Shown in pieces: positions 8,415 to 22,200 of a stretch of 64,000 nt of DNA. Source of the stretch: Pristiophorus japonicus (lineage: Eukaryota). Within the stretch, counting starts at the first letter, position 1. Every line of letters starts with the position of its first letter. Under the pieces are notes generated by a model, which worked only from the letters and a program-made list of their open reading frames with translations, was not told where the DNA came from and searched no databases. The position numbers and the translations under genes were made by a program. The stretch covers positions 53,010,001 to 53,074,000 of the forward strand of contig NC_091995.1 in the NCBI RefSeq assembly GCF_044704955.1. The letters are read 5' to 3'.

Positions 8415-11400
8415 TAACGGAGTGAGGGGAGGGGTCAAACTAACGGGGAGTGAGGGGAGGTGTCAAGCTAATGGTGTGAGGGGAGGGGTCAAACTAATGG
8501 AGTGAGGGGAGGTTTCAAAATAACGGAGTGAGGGGAGGGGTCAAACTAACGGAGTGAGGGGAGAGGTCAAACTAACGGGGAGTGAGGGGAGGAGACAAAC
8601 TAATGGAGTGAGGGGAGGTGTCAAACTAACGGAGTGAGGGGAGGGGTCAAACTAACGGAGTGAGTGGAGGGGTCAAACTAACAGGGAGCGAGGGGAGGGG
8701 TCAAACTAAAGGAGTGAGAGGAGGGGTCAAACTAACGGAGAGAGGGTAGGGGTCAAACTAATGGAGTGAGGGGAGGGGTCAAACTATTGGAGTGAGGAGA
8801 GGGGTCAAACTAACGGGGAGTGATGGGAGGGGTCAAACTAACCGAGAGAGGGGAGAGGTCAAACTAACGGGGAGTGAGGGGAGGGGTCAAACTAACGGAG
8901 TGAGGGGAGGGGTCAAACTAACGGAGCGAGGGGAGGATTCAAATTTACGTGGAGTGAGGGGAGGGGTCAAACTAACAGTGTGAGGGGAGGGGTCAAACTA
9001 ACGGAGTGAGAGGAGGGTCTCAAACTAACGAAGTGAGAGGAGGGTCTCAAACTAACGGAGTGAGGGGAGGGGTCAAACTAAAGGAGTGAGGGGAGGGATC
9101 AAACTAACAGTGTGAGGGGAGGGATCAAACTAACGGAGTGAGAGGAGGGGTCAAACTAACGGAGTGAGTGGAGGGGTCAAACTAACGGAGTGAGGGGAGG
9201 TGTCAAACTAACGGAGTGAGGGAAGGGGTCAAACTAACGGGGAGTGATGGGAGGGGTCAAACTAACCAAGTGAGGGGGGATGTCGAACTAACGGAGGGAG
9301 GAGAGGGGTCAAACTGAAGGAGTGAGGGGAGGGGTCAAACTAATGGAGTGAGGGGAGGGTTCAAAATAACGGAGTGAGGGCAGCGGTCAAAATAAAGGAG
9401 TGAGGGGAGGGGTCAAACTAACGGAGTGAGGGGAGGGGTCAAAATAATGGAGTGAGGGGAGGGGTCAAACTAACGGAGTGAGGGGAGGGTCAAACTAATG
9501 GAGTGAGGGGAGGGGTCAAACTAACGGAGTGATGGGAGGGGTCAAACTAACGGGGAGTGATGGGAGGGGTCAAACTAACCTCGTGAGGGGGGAGGTCAAA
9601 CTAACGGATTGAGGGGAAGGGTCAAACTAACGGAGTGATGGGAGGGGTCAAACTAACAGAGTGAGGGTAAGGGTCAAACTAATGGAGTCAGGGAAGCGGT
9701 CACACTAACAGTGAGGGGAGGGGTCAAACTAACGGAGTGATGGGAGGGGTCAAACTAACGGGGAGTGATGGGAGGGGTCAAACTAACCAAGTGAGGGGGG
9801 AGGTCAAACTAACGGAATGAGGGGAGGGGTCAAACTAACGGAGTGATGGGAGGGGTCAAACTAACAGGGAGTGATGGGAGAGGTCAAACTAACGGAGTGA
9901 GGGAAGGGGTCAAACTAACGGGGAGTGATGGGAGGGGTCAAACTAACCAAGTGAGGGGGGATGTCAAACTAACGGAGGGAGGAGAGGGGTCAAACTAATG
10001 GAGTGAGGGGAGGGTTCAAAATAACGGAGTGAGGGCAGCGGTCAAAATAAAGGAGTGAGGGGAGGGGTCAAACTAACGGAGTGAGGGGAGGGGTCAAAAT
10101 AATGGAGTGAGGGGAGGTGTCAAACTGAAGGAGTGAGGGGAGGGGTCAAACTAACGGAGTGAGGTGAGAGGTCAAACTAACGGGGAGTGAGGGGAGGAGA
10201 CAAACTAACGGAGTGAGGGGAGGGGTCAAACTAACGGAGTGAGGGGAAGGGTCAAACTAATGGAGTGAGGGGAGGTGTCAAACTAACGGAGTGAGTGGAG
10301 GGGTCAAACTAACAGGGAGCGAGGGGAGGGGTCAAACTAACGGAGTGAGAGGAGGGGTCAAACTAACGGAGAGAGGGTAGTGGTCAAACTAATGGAGTGA
10401 GGGGAGGGGTCAAACTATTGGAGTGAGGATGGGAGGGTTCAAACTAACCGAGTGAGGGGAGAGGTCAAACTAACGGAGGGAGGGGAGGGGTCAAACTGAA
10501 GGAGTGAGGGGAGGGGTCAAACTAATGGAGTGAGGGGAGGGGTCAAACTAACGGAGTGAGGGGAGAGGTCAAACTAACGGAGTGAGGGGAGGGGTCAAAC
10601 TAATGTAGTGAGGGGAAGGGTCAAACTAACGGAGGGAGTGGAGGGGTCAAACTGAAGGAGTGAGGGGAGGGGTCAAACTAATGGAGTGAGGGGAGGTTTC
10701 AAAATAACGGAGTGAGGGCAGCGGTCAAAATAAAGGAGTGAGGGGAGGGGTCAAACTAACGGAATGAGGGGAGGGGTCAAAATAACGGAGTGAGGGGAGG
10801 GGTCAAACTAACTGAGTGAGGGGAGGGTCAAACTAACGGAGTGAGGGGAGGAATCAAACTAACGGAGTGAGGGGAGAGGTCAAAATAACGGAGTGAGGGG
10901 AGGTGTCAAACTAACAGAGTGAGGGGAGGGGTCAAAATAAAGGAGTGAGTGGAGGGGTCAAACTAACGGAGTGAGGGGAGGAATCAAACTAACGGAGAGA
11001 GGGGAGAGGTCAAAATAACGGAGTGAGGGGAGGTGTCAAAATAACGGAGTGAGGGGAGGGGTCAAACTGAAGGAGTGAGGGGAGGGGTCATACTAATGGA
11101 GTGAGGGGAGGTTTCAAAATAACGGAGTGAGGGCAGCGGTCAAAATAAAGGAGTGAGGGGAGGGGTCAAACTAACGGAATGAGGGGAGGGGTCAAACTAA
11201 CGGAGTGAGGGAAGAGGTCAAACTAACGGAGTGAGGGGAGGGGTCAGACTAACGGGGAGTGAGGGGAGGGGTCAAGCTAATGGTGTGATGGGAGGGGTCA
11301 AACTAACGGGGAGTGATGGGAGGGGTCAAACTAACGGAGTGAGGGAAGGGGTCAAACTAACGGGGAGTGATGGGAGGGGTCAAACTAACCAAGTGAGGGC

Positions 11401-14400
11401 GGAGGTCAAACTAACGGAGGGAGGAGAGCGGTCAAACTGAAGGAGTGAGGGGAGGGGTCAAACTAATGGAGTGAGGGGAGGTTTCAAAATAACGGAGTGA
11501 GGGCAGCGGTCAAAATAAAGGAGTGAGGGGAGGGGTCAAACTAACGGAATGAGGGGAGGGGTCAAAATAACGGAGTGAGGGGAGGGGTCAAACTAACGGG
11601 GAGTGAGGGGAGGTGTCAAGCTAATGGTGTGAGGGGAGGGGTCAAACTAATGGAGTGAGGGGAGGTTTCAAAATAACGGAGTGAGGGGAGGGGTCAAACT
11701 AACGGAGTGAGGGGAGAGGTCAAACTAACGGGGAGTGAGGGGAGGAGACAAACTAATGGAGTGAGGGGAGGTGTCAAACTAACGGAGTGAGGGGAGGGGT
11801 CAAACTAACGGAGTGAGTGGAGGGGTCAAACTAACAGGGAGCGAGGGGAGGGGTCAAACTAAAGGAGTGAGAGGAGGGGTCAAACTAACGGAGAGAGGGT
11901 AGGGGTCAAACTAATGGAGTGAGGGGAGGGGTCAAACTATTGGAGTGAGGAGAGGGGTCAAACTAACGGGGAGTGATGGGAGGGGTCAAACTAACCGAGA
12001 GAGGGGAGAGGTCAAACTAACGGGGAGTGAGGGGAGGGGTCAAACTAACGGAGTGAGGGGAGGGGTCAAACTAACGGAGCGAGGGGAGGATTCAAATTTA
12101 CGTGGAGTGAGGGGAGGGGTCAAACTAACAGTGTGAGGGGAGGGGTCAAACTAACGGAGTGAGAGGAGGGTCTCAAACTAACGAAGTGAGAGGAGGGTCT
12201 CAAACTAACGGAGTGAGGGGAGGGGTCAAACTAAAGGAGTGAGGGGAGGGATCAAACTAACAGTGTGAGGGGAGGGATCAAACTAACGGAGTGAGAGGAG
12301 GGGTCAAACTAACGGAGTGAGTGGAGGGGTCAAACTAACGGAGTGAGGGGAGGTGTCAAACTAACGGAGTGAGGGAAGGGGTCAAACTAACGGGGAGTGA
12401 TGGGAGGGGTCAAACTAACCAAGTGAGGGGGGATGTCGAACTAACGGAGGGAGGAGAGGGGTCAAACTGAAGGAGTGAGGGGAGGGGTCAAACTAATGGA
12501 GTGAGGGGAGGGTTCAAAATAACGGAGTGAGGGCAGCGGTCAAAATAAAGGAGTGAGGGGAGGGGTCAAACTAACGGAGTGAGGGGAGGGGTCAAAATAA
12601 TGGAGTGAGGGGAGGGGTCAAACTAACGGAGTGAGGGGAGGGTCAAACTAATGGAGTGAGGGGAGGGGTCAAACTAACGGAGTGATGGGAGGGGTCAAAC
12701 TAACGGGGAGTGATGGGAGGGGTCAAACTAACCTCGTGAGGGGGGAGGTCAAACTAACGGATTGAGGGGAAGGGTCAAACTAACGGAGTGATGGGAGGGG
12801 TCAAACTAACAGAGTGAGGGTAAGGGTCAAACTAATGGAGTCAGGGAAGCGGTCACACTAACAGTGAGGGGAGGGGTCAAACTAACGGAGTGATGGGAGG
12901 GGTCAAACTAACGGGGAGTGATGGGAGGGGTCAAACTAACCAAGTGAGGGGGGAGGTCAAACTAACGGAATGAGGGGAGGGGTCAAACTAACGGAGTGAT
13001 GGGAGGGGTCAAACTAACAGGGAGTGATGGGAGAGGTCAAACTAACGGAGTGAGGGAAGGGGTCAAACTAACGGGGAGTGATGGGAGGGGTCAAACTAAC
13101 CAAGTGAGGGGGGATGTCAAACTAACGGAGGGAGGAGAGGGGTCAAACTAATGGAGTGAGGGGAGGGTTCAAAATAACGGAGTGAGGGCAGCGGTCAAAA
13201 TAAAGGAGTGAGGGGAGGGGTCAAACTAACGGAGTGAGGGGAGGGGTCAAAATAATGGAGTGAGGGGAGGTGTCAAACTGAAGGAGTGAGGGGAGGGGTC
13301 AAACTAACGGAGTGAGGTGAGAGGTCAAACTAACGGGGAGTGAGGGGAGGAGACAAACTAACGGAGTGAGGGGAGGGGTCAAACTAACGGAGTGAGGGGA
13401 AGGGTCAAACTAATGGAGTGAGGGGAGGTGTCAAACTAACGGAGTGAGTGGAGGGGTCAAACTAACAGGGAGCGAGGGGAGGGGTCAAACTAACGGAGTG
13501 AGAGGAGGGGTCAAACTAACGGAGAGAGGGTAGTGGTCAAACTAATGGAGTGAGGGGAGGGGTCAAACTATTGGAGTGAGGATGGGAGGGTTCAAACTAA
13601 CCGAGTGAGGGGAGAGGTCAAACTAACGGAGGGAGGGGAGGGGTCAAACTGAAGGAGTGAGGGGAGGGGTCAAACTAATGGAGTGAGGGGAGGGGTCAAA
13701 CTAACGGAGTGAGGGGAGAGGTCAAACTAACGGAGTGAGGGGAGGGGTCAAACTAATGTAGTGAGGGGAAGGGTCAAACTAACGGAGGGAGTGGAGGGGT
13801 CAAACTGAAGGAGTGAGGGGAGGGGTCAAACTAATGGAGTGAGGGGAGGTTTCAAAATAACGGAGTGAGGGCAGCGGTCAAAATAAAGGAGTGAGGGGAG
13901 GGGTCAAACTAACGGAATGAGGGGAGGGGTCAAAATAACGGAGTGAGGGGAGGGGTCAAACTAACTGAGTGAGGGGAGGGTCAAACTAACGGAGTGAGGG
14001 GAGGAATCAAACTAACGGAGTGAGGGGAGAGGTCAAAATAACGGAGTGAGGGGAGGTGTCAAACTAACAGAGTGAGGGGAGGGGTCAAAATAAAGGAGTG
14101 AGTGGAGGGGTCAAACTAACGGAGTGAGGGGAGGAATCAAACTAACGGAGAGAGGGGAGAGGTCAAAATAACGGAGTGAGGGGAGGTGTCAAAATAACGG
14201 AGTGAGGGGAGGGGTCAAACTGAAGGAGTGAGGGGAGGGGTCATACTAATGGAGTGAGGGGAGGTTTCAAAATAACGGAGTGAGGGCAGCGGTCAAAATA
14301 AAGGAGTGAGGGGAGGGGTCAAACTAACGGAATGAGGGGAGGGGTCAAACTAACGGAGTGAGGGAAGAGGTCAAACTAACGGAGTGAGGGGAGGGGTCAG

Positions 14401-14735
14401 ACTAACGGGGAGTGAGGGGAGGGGTCAAGCTAATGGTGTGATGGGAGGGGTCAAACTAACGGGGAGTGATGGGAGGGGTCAAACTAACGGAGTGAGGGAA
14501 GGGGTCAAACTAACGGGGAGTGATGGGAGGGGTCAAACTAACCAAGTGAGGGCGGAGGTCAAACTAACGGAGGGAGGAGAGCGGTCAAACTGAAGGAGTG
14601 AGGGGAGGGGTCAAACTAATGGAGTGAGGGGAGGTTTCAAAATAACGGAGTGAGGGCAGCGGTCAAAATAAAGGAGTGAGGGGAGGGGTCAAACTAACGG
14701 AATGAGGGGAGGGGTCAAAATAACGGAGTGAGGGG
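8415..14735 (+). repeat. 3153-bp tandem duplication within the array (2 copies)
   Basis: Identical ORFs at 8792/11945 and 11231/14384. Rare variant markers recur at +3153 (TCGTGA 9581/12734; GTGTCAAGC 8460/11613). Boundaries are approximate. Confidence 0.9.
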
Positions 14736-16214
14736 AGAGGTCAAAATAACGGAGTGAGGGGAGAGGTCAAACTAACGGAATGAGGGGAGGGGTCAAAATA
14801 ACGGAGTGAGGGGAGAGGTCAAACTAACGGAGTGAGGGGAGGGTCAAACTAATGGAGTGAGAGGAGGGATCAAACTAATGGAGTGAGGGGAGGAATCCAA
14901 CTAGCGGAGTGAGAGGAGAGGTCAAACTAACGGAGTGAAGGGAGGGGTCAAACGAACGGAGTGAGAGGAAGGGTCAAACTAACGGGGAGTGAGGCGAGGG
15001 GTCAATCTAACGGAGTGAGGGGAGAGGTCAAACTAACGGGGAGTGAGGGGAGGGGTCAAACTAACGGAGTGAGGGGAGAGGTCAAACTAACGGAGTGAGG
15101 GAAGAGGTCAAACTAACAGAGTGAGGGGAGGGGTCAAACTAACAGGGAGTGAGGGGAGGGGTCAAGCTAATGGTGTGATGGGAGGGGTCAAACTAACGGA
15201 GTAGGGGAGGGGTCAAAATGACGGAGTGAGGGGAGGGGTCAAACTAACAGAGTGAGGGGAGAGGTCAAAGTAACGGGGAGTGAGGGGAGCAGACAAACTA
15301 ACGGAGTGAGGGGAGGGGTCAAACTAACGGAGTGAGGGGAAGGGTCAAACTAATGGAGTGAGGGGAGGTGTCAAACTAACGGAGTGAGGGGAGAGGTCAA
15401 ACTAACGGAGTGAGGGGAGGGGTCAAACTAACGGGGAGTGAGGGGAGGTGTCAAGCTAATGGTGTGAGGGTAGTGGTCAAACTAATGGAGTGAGGGGAGG
15501 TTTCAAAATAACAGAGTGAGGGAAGGGGTCAAACTAACGGAGTGAGGGGAGAGGTCAAACTAACGGGGAGTGAGGGGAGGAGACAAACTAATGGAGTGAG
15601 GGGAGGGGTCAAACTAACGGAGTGAGGGGAAGGGTCAACCTAATGGAGTGAGGGGAGGTGTCAAACTAACGGAGTGAGGGGAGGGGTCAAACTAACGGAG
15701 TGAGTGGAGGGGTCAAACTAACAGGGAGCGAGGGGAGGGGTCAAACTAAAGGAGTGAAAGGAGGGGTCAAACTAACGGAGAGAGGGTAGGGGTCAAACTA
15801 ATGGAGTGAGGGGAGGGGTCAAACTATTGGAGTGAGGAGAGGGGTCAAACTAACGGGGATTGAGGGGAGGGGTCAAACTAACGGAGTGAGGGCAGTGGGG
15901 TCAAACTAACGGAGCGAGGGGAGGATTCAAATTTACGTGGAGTGAGGGGAGGGGTCAACTAACAGTGTGAGGGGAGGGGTCAAACTAACGGAGTGAGAGG
16001 AGGGTCTCAAACTAACGAAGTGAGAGAGGGTCTCAAACTAACAGAGTGAGGGGAGGGGTAAAACTAAAGGAGTGAGGGGAGGGATCAAACTAACAGTGTG
16101 AGGGGAGGGATCAAACTAACGGAGTGAGAGGAGGGGTCAAACTAACGGAGTGAGTGGAGGGGTCAAACTAACGGAGTGAGGGGAGGTGTCAAACTAACGG
16201 AGTGAGGGGAGGGT

Positions 16215-19200
16215 TCAAACTAACGGAGTGAGGTGAGGGGTCAAACTAACGGAGTGAGGTGAGGGGTCAAACTAACGGGGAGTGAGGGGAGGGGTCAAGC
16301 TAATGGAGTGAGGGGAGGGGTCAAACTAACGGGGAATGAGGGGAGCGGTCAAACTAACGGAGTGAGGGGAGGTGGTCAAACGAACGGAGTGAGGGGAGGG
16401 TTCAAACTAACGGAGTGAGGTGAGGGGTCAAACTAACGGAGTGAGGTGAGGGGCTCAAACTAACGGAGTGAGGGGAGGGGTTAAAGTCACAGATTGAGGG
16501 GAGGGGTCAAGCTCACGGAGTGAAGGGAGGGGGTCAAACTAACGGAGTGTGGGGAGGGGTCAAACTGATGGGGTGTGAGGGGAGGGGTCAAACTAACGGA
16601 GTGAGGGGAGGGGTCCAACTAACGGGGAGTGAGGGGAGGGGTCAAACTAACGGAGTGAGGGGAGGGGTCCAACTAACGGGGAGTGAGGGGAGGGGTCAAA
16701 CTAACGGAGTGAGGGGAGGGGTCAAACAAACGTAGTGAGGTGAGGGGTCAATCTAACGGGGTGTGAGGGGAGGGGGTCAAACTAATGGAGTGAGGGCAGG
16801 GGCTCAAACTAACGGAGTGAGGGGAGCGGTCAAACTAACGTGGAGTGAGGGGAGGGGTCAATCTAAGGGAGTGAGAGGAGGGGGTCAAACTAACGGAGTG
16901 AGGGGAGGTGGTCAAACGAACGGAGTGAGGGGAGGGTTCAAACTAACGGAGTGAGGTAAGGGGTCAAACTAACGGAGTGAGGTGAGGGGCTCAAACTAAC
17001 GGAGTGAGGGGAGGGGTCAAACTAACGGAGTGAGGGGAGGTGGTCAAACTAACGGCGTGTGGGGAAGGGGTCAAACTAACGGAGTGAGGGGATGGGTCAC
17101 ACTAACGGAGTGAGGGGAGGGGTCACACTAACGGAGTGAGGGGAGGGGTTAAAGTCACAGATTGAGGGGAGGGGTCAAGCTCACGGAGTGAAGGGAGGGG
17201 GTCAAACTAACGGAGTGTGGGGAGGGGTCAAACTGATGGGCTGTGAGGGGAGGGGTCAAACTAACGGAGTGAGGGGAGGGGTCCAACTAACGGAGTGAGG
17301 GGAGGTGTCAAACTAAAGGAGCGAGGGGAGGATTCAAACCTACGTGGAGTGAGGGGAGGGGTCAAACTAACAGCGCGAGGGGAGGGGTCAAACTAACGGA
17401 GTGAGGGGAGGGTTCAAGCTTACGCGGAGTGAGGGGAGGAGTCAAACTAACGGAGTGAGAGGAGGGTCTCAAACTAACGGAGTGAGGGGTGTGTTCAAAC
17501 TAACGGAGTGAGGGGAGAGGCTCAAACTAACGGAGTGAGGGGAGGGGTCAAACTAAAGGAGTGAGGGGAGGGGTCAATCTAAGGGAGTGAGAGGAGGGGG
17601 TCAAACTAACGGAGTGAGGGGAGGGGCTCAAACGAACCGAGTGAGGGGAGAGGTCAAACTAAAGGAGTGAGGGGAGGGATCAAACTAACGGAGTGAGGGG
17701 AGGAGTCAAACTAATAGAGTGAGGGGAGAGGTCAAACTAACGGAGTGAGGGGAGGGGTCACACTCACGGAGTCAGGGGAGGGGTCAAACTAACGGAGTGA
17801 GGGGAGGGTTCAAACAAACGTAGTGAGGTGAGGGGTCAATCTAACGGGGTGTGAGGGGAGGGGGTCAAACTAATGGAGTGAGGGCAGGGGCTCAAACTAA
17901 CGGAGTGAGGGGAGCGGTCAAACTAACGGGGAGTGAGGGGAGGGGTCAATCTAAGGAAGTGAGAGGAGGGGGTCAAACTAACGGAGTGAGGGGAGGTGCT
18001 CAAACTAACCGAGTGAGAGGAGGGGTCAAACTAACAGAGTGAGGGGAGGGGTCAAACTAACATTGTGAGGGGAGGGGTCAAACTAACGAAGTGAGGGGAG
18101 GAGTCACACTAACGGAGTGAGGGGAGGGATCAAACTAACGGAGTGAGAGGAGGGGTCAAACTAACGGAGTGAGTGGAGGTGTCAAACTAACGGAGTGAGG
18201 GGAGGTGTCAAACTAACGGAGTGAGGGGAGGGGTCAAACTAACGGAGTGAGGGGACGGTCAAACTAATGGAGTGAGGGGAAGGGTCAAAATAACGGAGTG
18301 AGGGGAGGGGTCAAAATAACGGAGTGAGGGGAGGGGTCAAACTAACGGAGTGAGGAAGGGGTCAAAGTAACGGAGTGAGGGGAGGGTCAAACTAATGGAG
18401 TGAGGGGAAGAGTCAAAATAACGGAGTGAAGGGAGGGGTCAAGCTAATGGAGTGAGGGGAGTGGTCAAACTAATGGAGTGAGGGGAGGGGTCAAACTAAC
18501 GGAGTGAGGGGAGGGGTCAAACTAATGGAGTGAGGGGAGGATTCAAAATAAAGGAGTGAGGGCAGGGGTCAAACTAACGGAGTGAGAGGAGGGGGTCAAA
18601 GTAACGGGGAGTGAGGGGAAGGGGTCTAACTGAAGGAGTGAGGGGAGGGGTCAAACTAATGGAGTGATGGGAGGGTTCAAACTAACGAAGTGAGGGGATG
18701 GGTCACCCTAACGGAGTGAGGGGAGGGGTTAAAGTCACAGATTGAGGGGAGGGGTCAAGCTCACGGAGTGAACGGAGGGCGTCAAACTAACGGAGTGTGC
18801 GGAAGGGTCAAACTGATGGGGTGTGAGGGGAGGGGTCAAACTAACGGAGTGAGGGGAGGGGTCAAACTAACGGGGAGTGAGGGGAGGGGTCAAACTAACG
18901 GAGTGAGGGGAGGATTCAAACTTACGTGGAGTGAGGGGAGGGGTCAAACTAACGGAGCGAGGGGAGGATTCAAACTTACGTGGAGTGAGGGGAGGGGTCA
19001 AACTAACAGTGTGAGGGGAGGGGTCAAACTAAAGGAGTGAGGGGAGAGGTCAAACTAACAGAATGAGGGGAGGGGTCAAACTAACGGAGTGAGGGGTGGG
19101 TTCAAACAAACGGAGTGAGGTGATGGATCAATCTAACGGGGTGTGAGGGGAGGGGATCAAACTAATGGAGTGAGGGGAGGGGCTCAAACTAACGGAGTGA

Positions 19201-22200
19201 GGGGAGCGGTCAAATTAACGGGGAGTGAGGGGAGGGTTCAATCTAAGGGAGTGAGAGGAGGGGGTCAAACTAACGGAGTGAGGGGAGGGGCTCAAACTAA
19301 CGGAGTGAGGGGAGCGGTCAAACTAACGGGGAGTGAGGGGAGGGGTCAATCTAAGGGAGTGAGAGGAGGGGGTCAAACTAACGGAGTGAGGGGAGGGGTC
19401 AAACTAACGGAGTGAGGGGAGGAGTCAAACTAACAGTGTGAGGGGAGGGGTCAAACTAACGGAGCGAGGGGAGGATTCAAACATACGTGGATTGAGGGGA
19501 GGGGTCAAACTAACGGAGTGAGGGGAGGGTTCAAACTAACATTGTGAGGGGAGGGGTCAAACTAACGGAGCGAGGGGAGTGGTCAAACTAACGGGGAGTG
19601 AGGGGAGGGGTCAAACTAACAGTGTGAGGGGAGGGGTCAAACTAACGGAGTGAGGGGAGCAGTCAAACTAACGGGGAGTGAGGGGAGGGTTCAATCTAAG
19701 GGAGTGAGAGGAGGGGGTCAAACTAACGGAGTGAGGGGAGGGGCTCAAACTAACGGAGTGAGGGGAGCGGTCAAACTAACGGGGAGCGAGGGGAGGGGTC
19801 AATCTAAGGGAGTGAGAGGAGGGGGTCAAACTAACGGAGTGAGGGGAGGGGTCAAACTAACGGAGTGAGGGGAGGGTTCAAACTAACATTGTGAGGGGAG
19901 GGGTCAAACTAACGGAGCGAGGGGAGGATTCAAACTAACGGAGTGAGGTGAGGGGTCAAACTAACGGAGTGAGGTGAGGGGTCAAACTAACGGGGAGTGA
20001 GGGGAGGGCTCAAGCTAATGGAGTGAGGGGAGGGGTCAAACTAACGGGGAATGAGGGGAGCGGTCAAACTAACGGAGTGAGGTGAGGGGTCAAACTAACG
20101 GAGTGAGGTGAGGGGCTCAAACTAACGGAGTGAGGGGAGGGGTTAAAGTCACAGATTGAGGGGAGGGGTCAAGCTCACGGAGTGAAGGGAGGGGGTCAAA
20201 CTAACGGAGTGTGGGGAGGGGTCAAACTGATGGGGTGTGAGGGGAGGGGTCAAACTAACGGAGTGAGGGGAGGGGTCCAACTAACGGGGAGTGAGGGGAG
20301 GGGTCAAACTAACGGAGTGAGGGGAGGGGTCCAACTAACGGGGAGTGAGGGGAGGGGTCAAACTAACGGAGTGAGGGGAGGGGTCAAACAAACGTAGTGA
20401 GGTGAGGGGTCAATCTAACGGGGTGTGAGGGGAGGGGGTCAAACTAATGGAGTGAGGGCAGGGGCTCAAACTAACGGAGTGAGGGGAGCGGTCAAACTAA
20501 CGTGGAGTGAGGGGAGGGGTCAATCTAAGGGAGTGAGAGGAGGGGGTCAAACTAACGGAGTGAGGGGAGGTGGTCAAACGAACGGAGTGAGGGGAGGGTT
20601 CAAACTAACGGAGTGAGGTAAGGGGTCAAACTAACGGAGTGAGGTGAGGGGCTCAAACTAACGGAGTGAGGGGAGGGGTCAAACTAACGGAGTGAGGGGA
20701 GGTGGTCAAACTAACGGCGTGTGGGGAAGGGGTCAAACTAACGGAGTGAGGGGATGGGTCACACTAACGGAGTGAGGGGAGGGGTCACACTAACGGAGTG
20801 AGGGGAGGGGTTAAAGTCACAGATTGAGGGGAGGGGTCAAGCTCACGGAGTGAAGGGAGGGGGTCAAACTAACGGAGTGTGGGGAGGGGTCAAACTGATG
20901 GGCTGTGAGGGGAGGGGTCAAACTAACGGAGTGAGGGGAGGGGTCCAACTAACGGAGTGAGGGGAGGTGTCAAACTAAAGGAGCGAGGGGAGGATTCAAA
21001 CCTACGTGGAGTGAGGGGAGGGGTCAAACTAACAGCGCGAGGGGAGGGGTCAAACTAACGGAGTGAGGGGAGGGTTCAAGCTTACGCGGAGTGAGGGGAG
21101 GAGTCAAACTAACGGAGTGAGAGGAGGGTCTCAAACTAACGGAGTGAGGGGTGTGTTCAAACTAACGGAGTGAGGGGAGAGGCTCAAACTAACGGAGTGA
21201 GGGGAGGGGTCAAACTAAAGGAGTGAGGGGAGGGGTCAATCTAAGGGAGTGAGAGGAGGGGGTCAAACTAACGGAGTGAGGGGAGGGGCTCAAACGAACC
21301 GAGTGAGGGGAGAGGTCAAACTAAAGGAGTGAGGGGAGGGATCAAACTAACGGAGTGAGGGGAGGAGTCAAACTAATAGAGTGAGGGGAGAGGTCAAACT
21401 AACGGAGTGAGGGGAGGGGTCACACTCACGGAGTCAGGGGAGGGGTCAAACTAACGGAGTGAGGGGAGGGTTCAAACAAACGTAGTGAGGTGAGGGGTCA
21501 ATCTAACGGGGTGTGAGGGGAGGGGGTCAAACTAATGGAGTGAGGGCAGGGGCTCAAACTAACGGAGTGAGGGGAGCGGTCAAACTAACGGGGAGTGAGG
21601 GGAGGGGTCAATCTAAGGAAGTGAGAGGAGGGGGTCAAACTAACGGAGTGAGGGGAGGTGCTCAAACTAACCGAGTGAGAGGAGGGGTCAAACTAACAGA
21701 GTGAGGGGAGGGGTCAAACTAACATTGTGAGGGGAGGGGTCAAACTAACGAAGTGAGGGGAGGAGTCACACTAACGGAGTGAGGGGAGGGATCAAACTAA
21801 CGGAGTGAGAGGAGGGGTCAAACTAACGGAGTGAGTGGAGGTGTCAAACTAACGGAGTGAGGGGAGGTGTCAAACTAACGGAGTGAGGGGAGGGGTCAAA
21901 CTAACGGAGTGAGGGGACGGTCAAACTAATGGAGTGAGGGGAAGGGTCAAAATAACGGAGTGAGGGGAGGGGTCAAAATAACGGAGTGAGGGGAGGGGTC
22001 AAACTAACGGAGTGAGGAAGGGGTCAAAGTAACGGAGTGAGGGGAGGGTCAAACTAATGGAGTGAGGGGAAGAGTCAAAATAACGGAGTGAAGGGAGGGG
22101 TCAAGCTAATGGAGTGAGGGGAGTGGTCAAACTAATGGAGTGAGGGGAGGGGTCAAACTAACGGAGTGAGGGGAGGGGTCAAACTAATGGAGTGAGGGGA

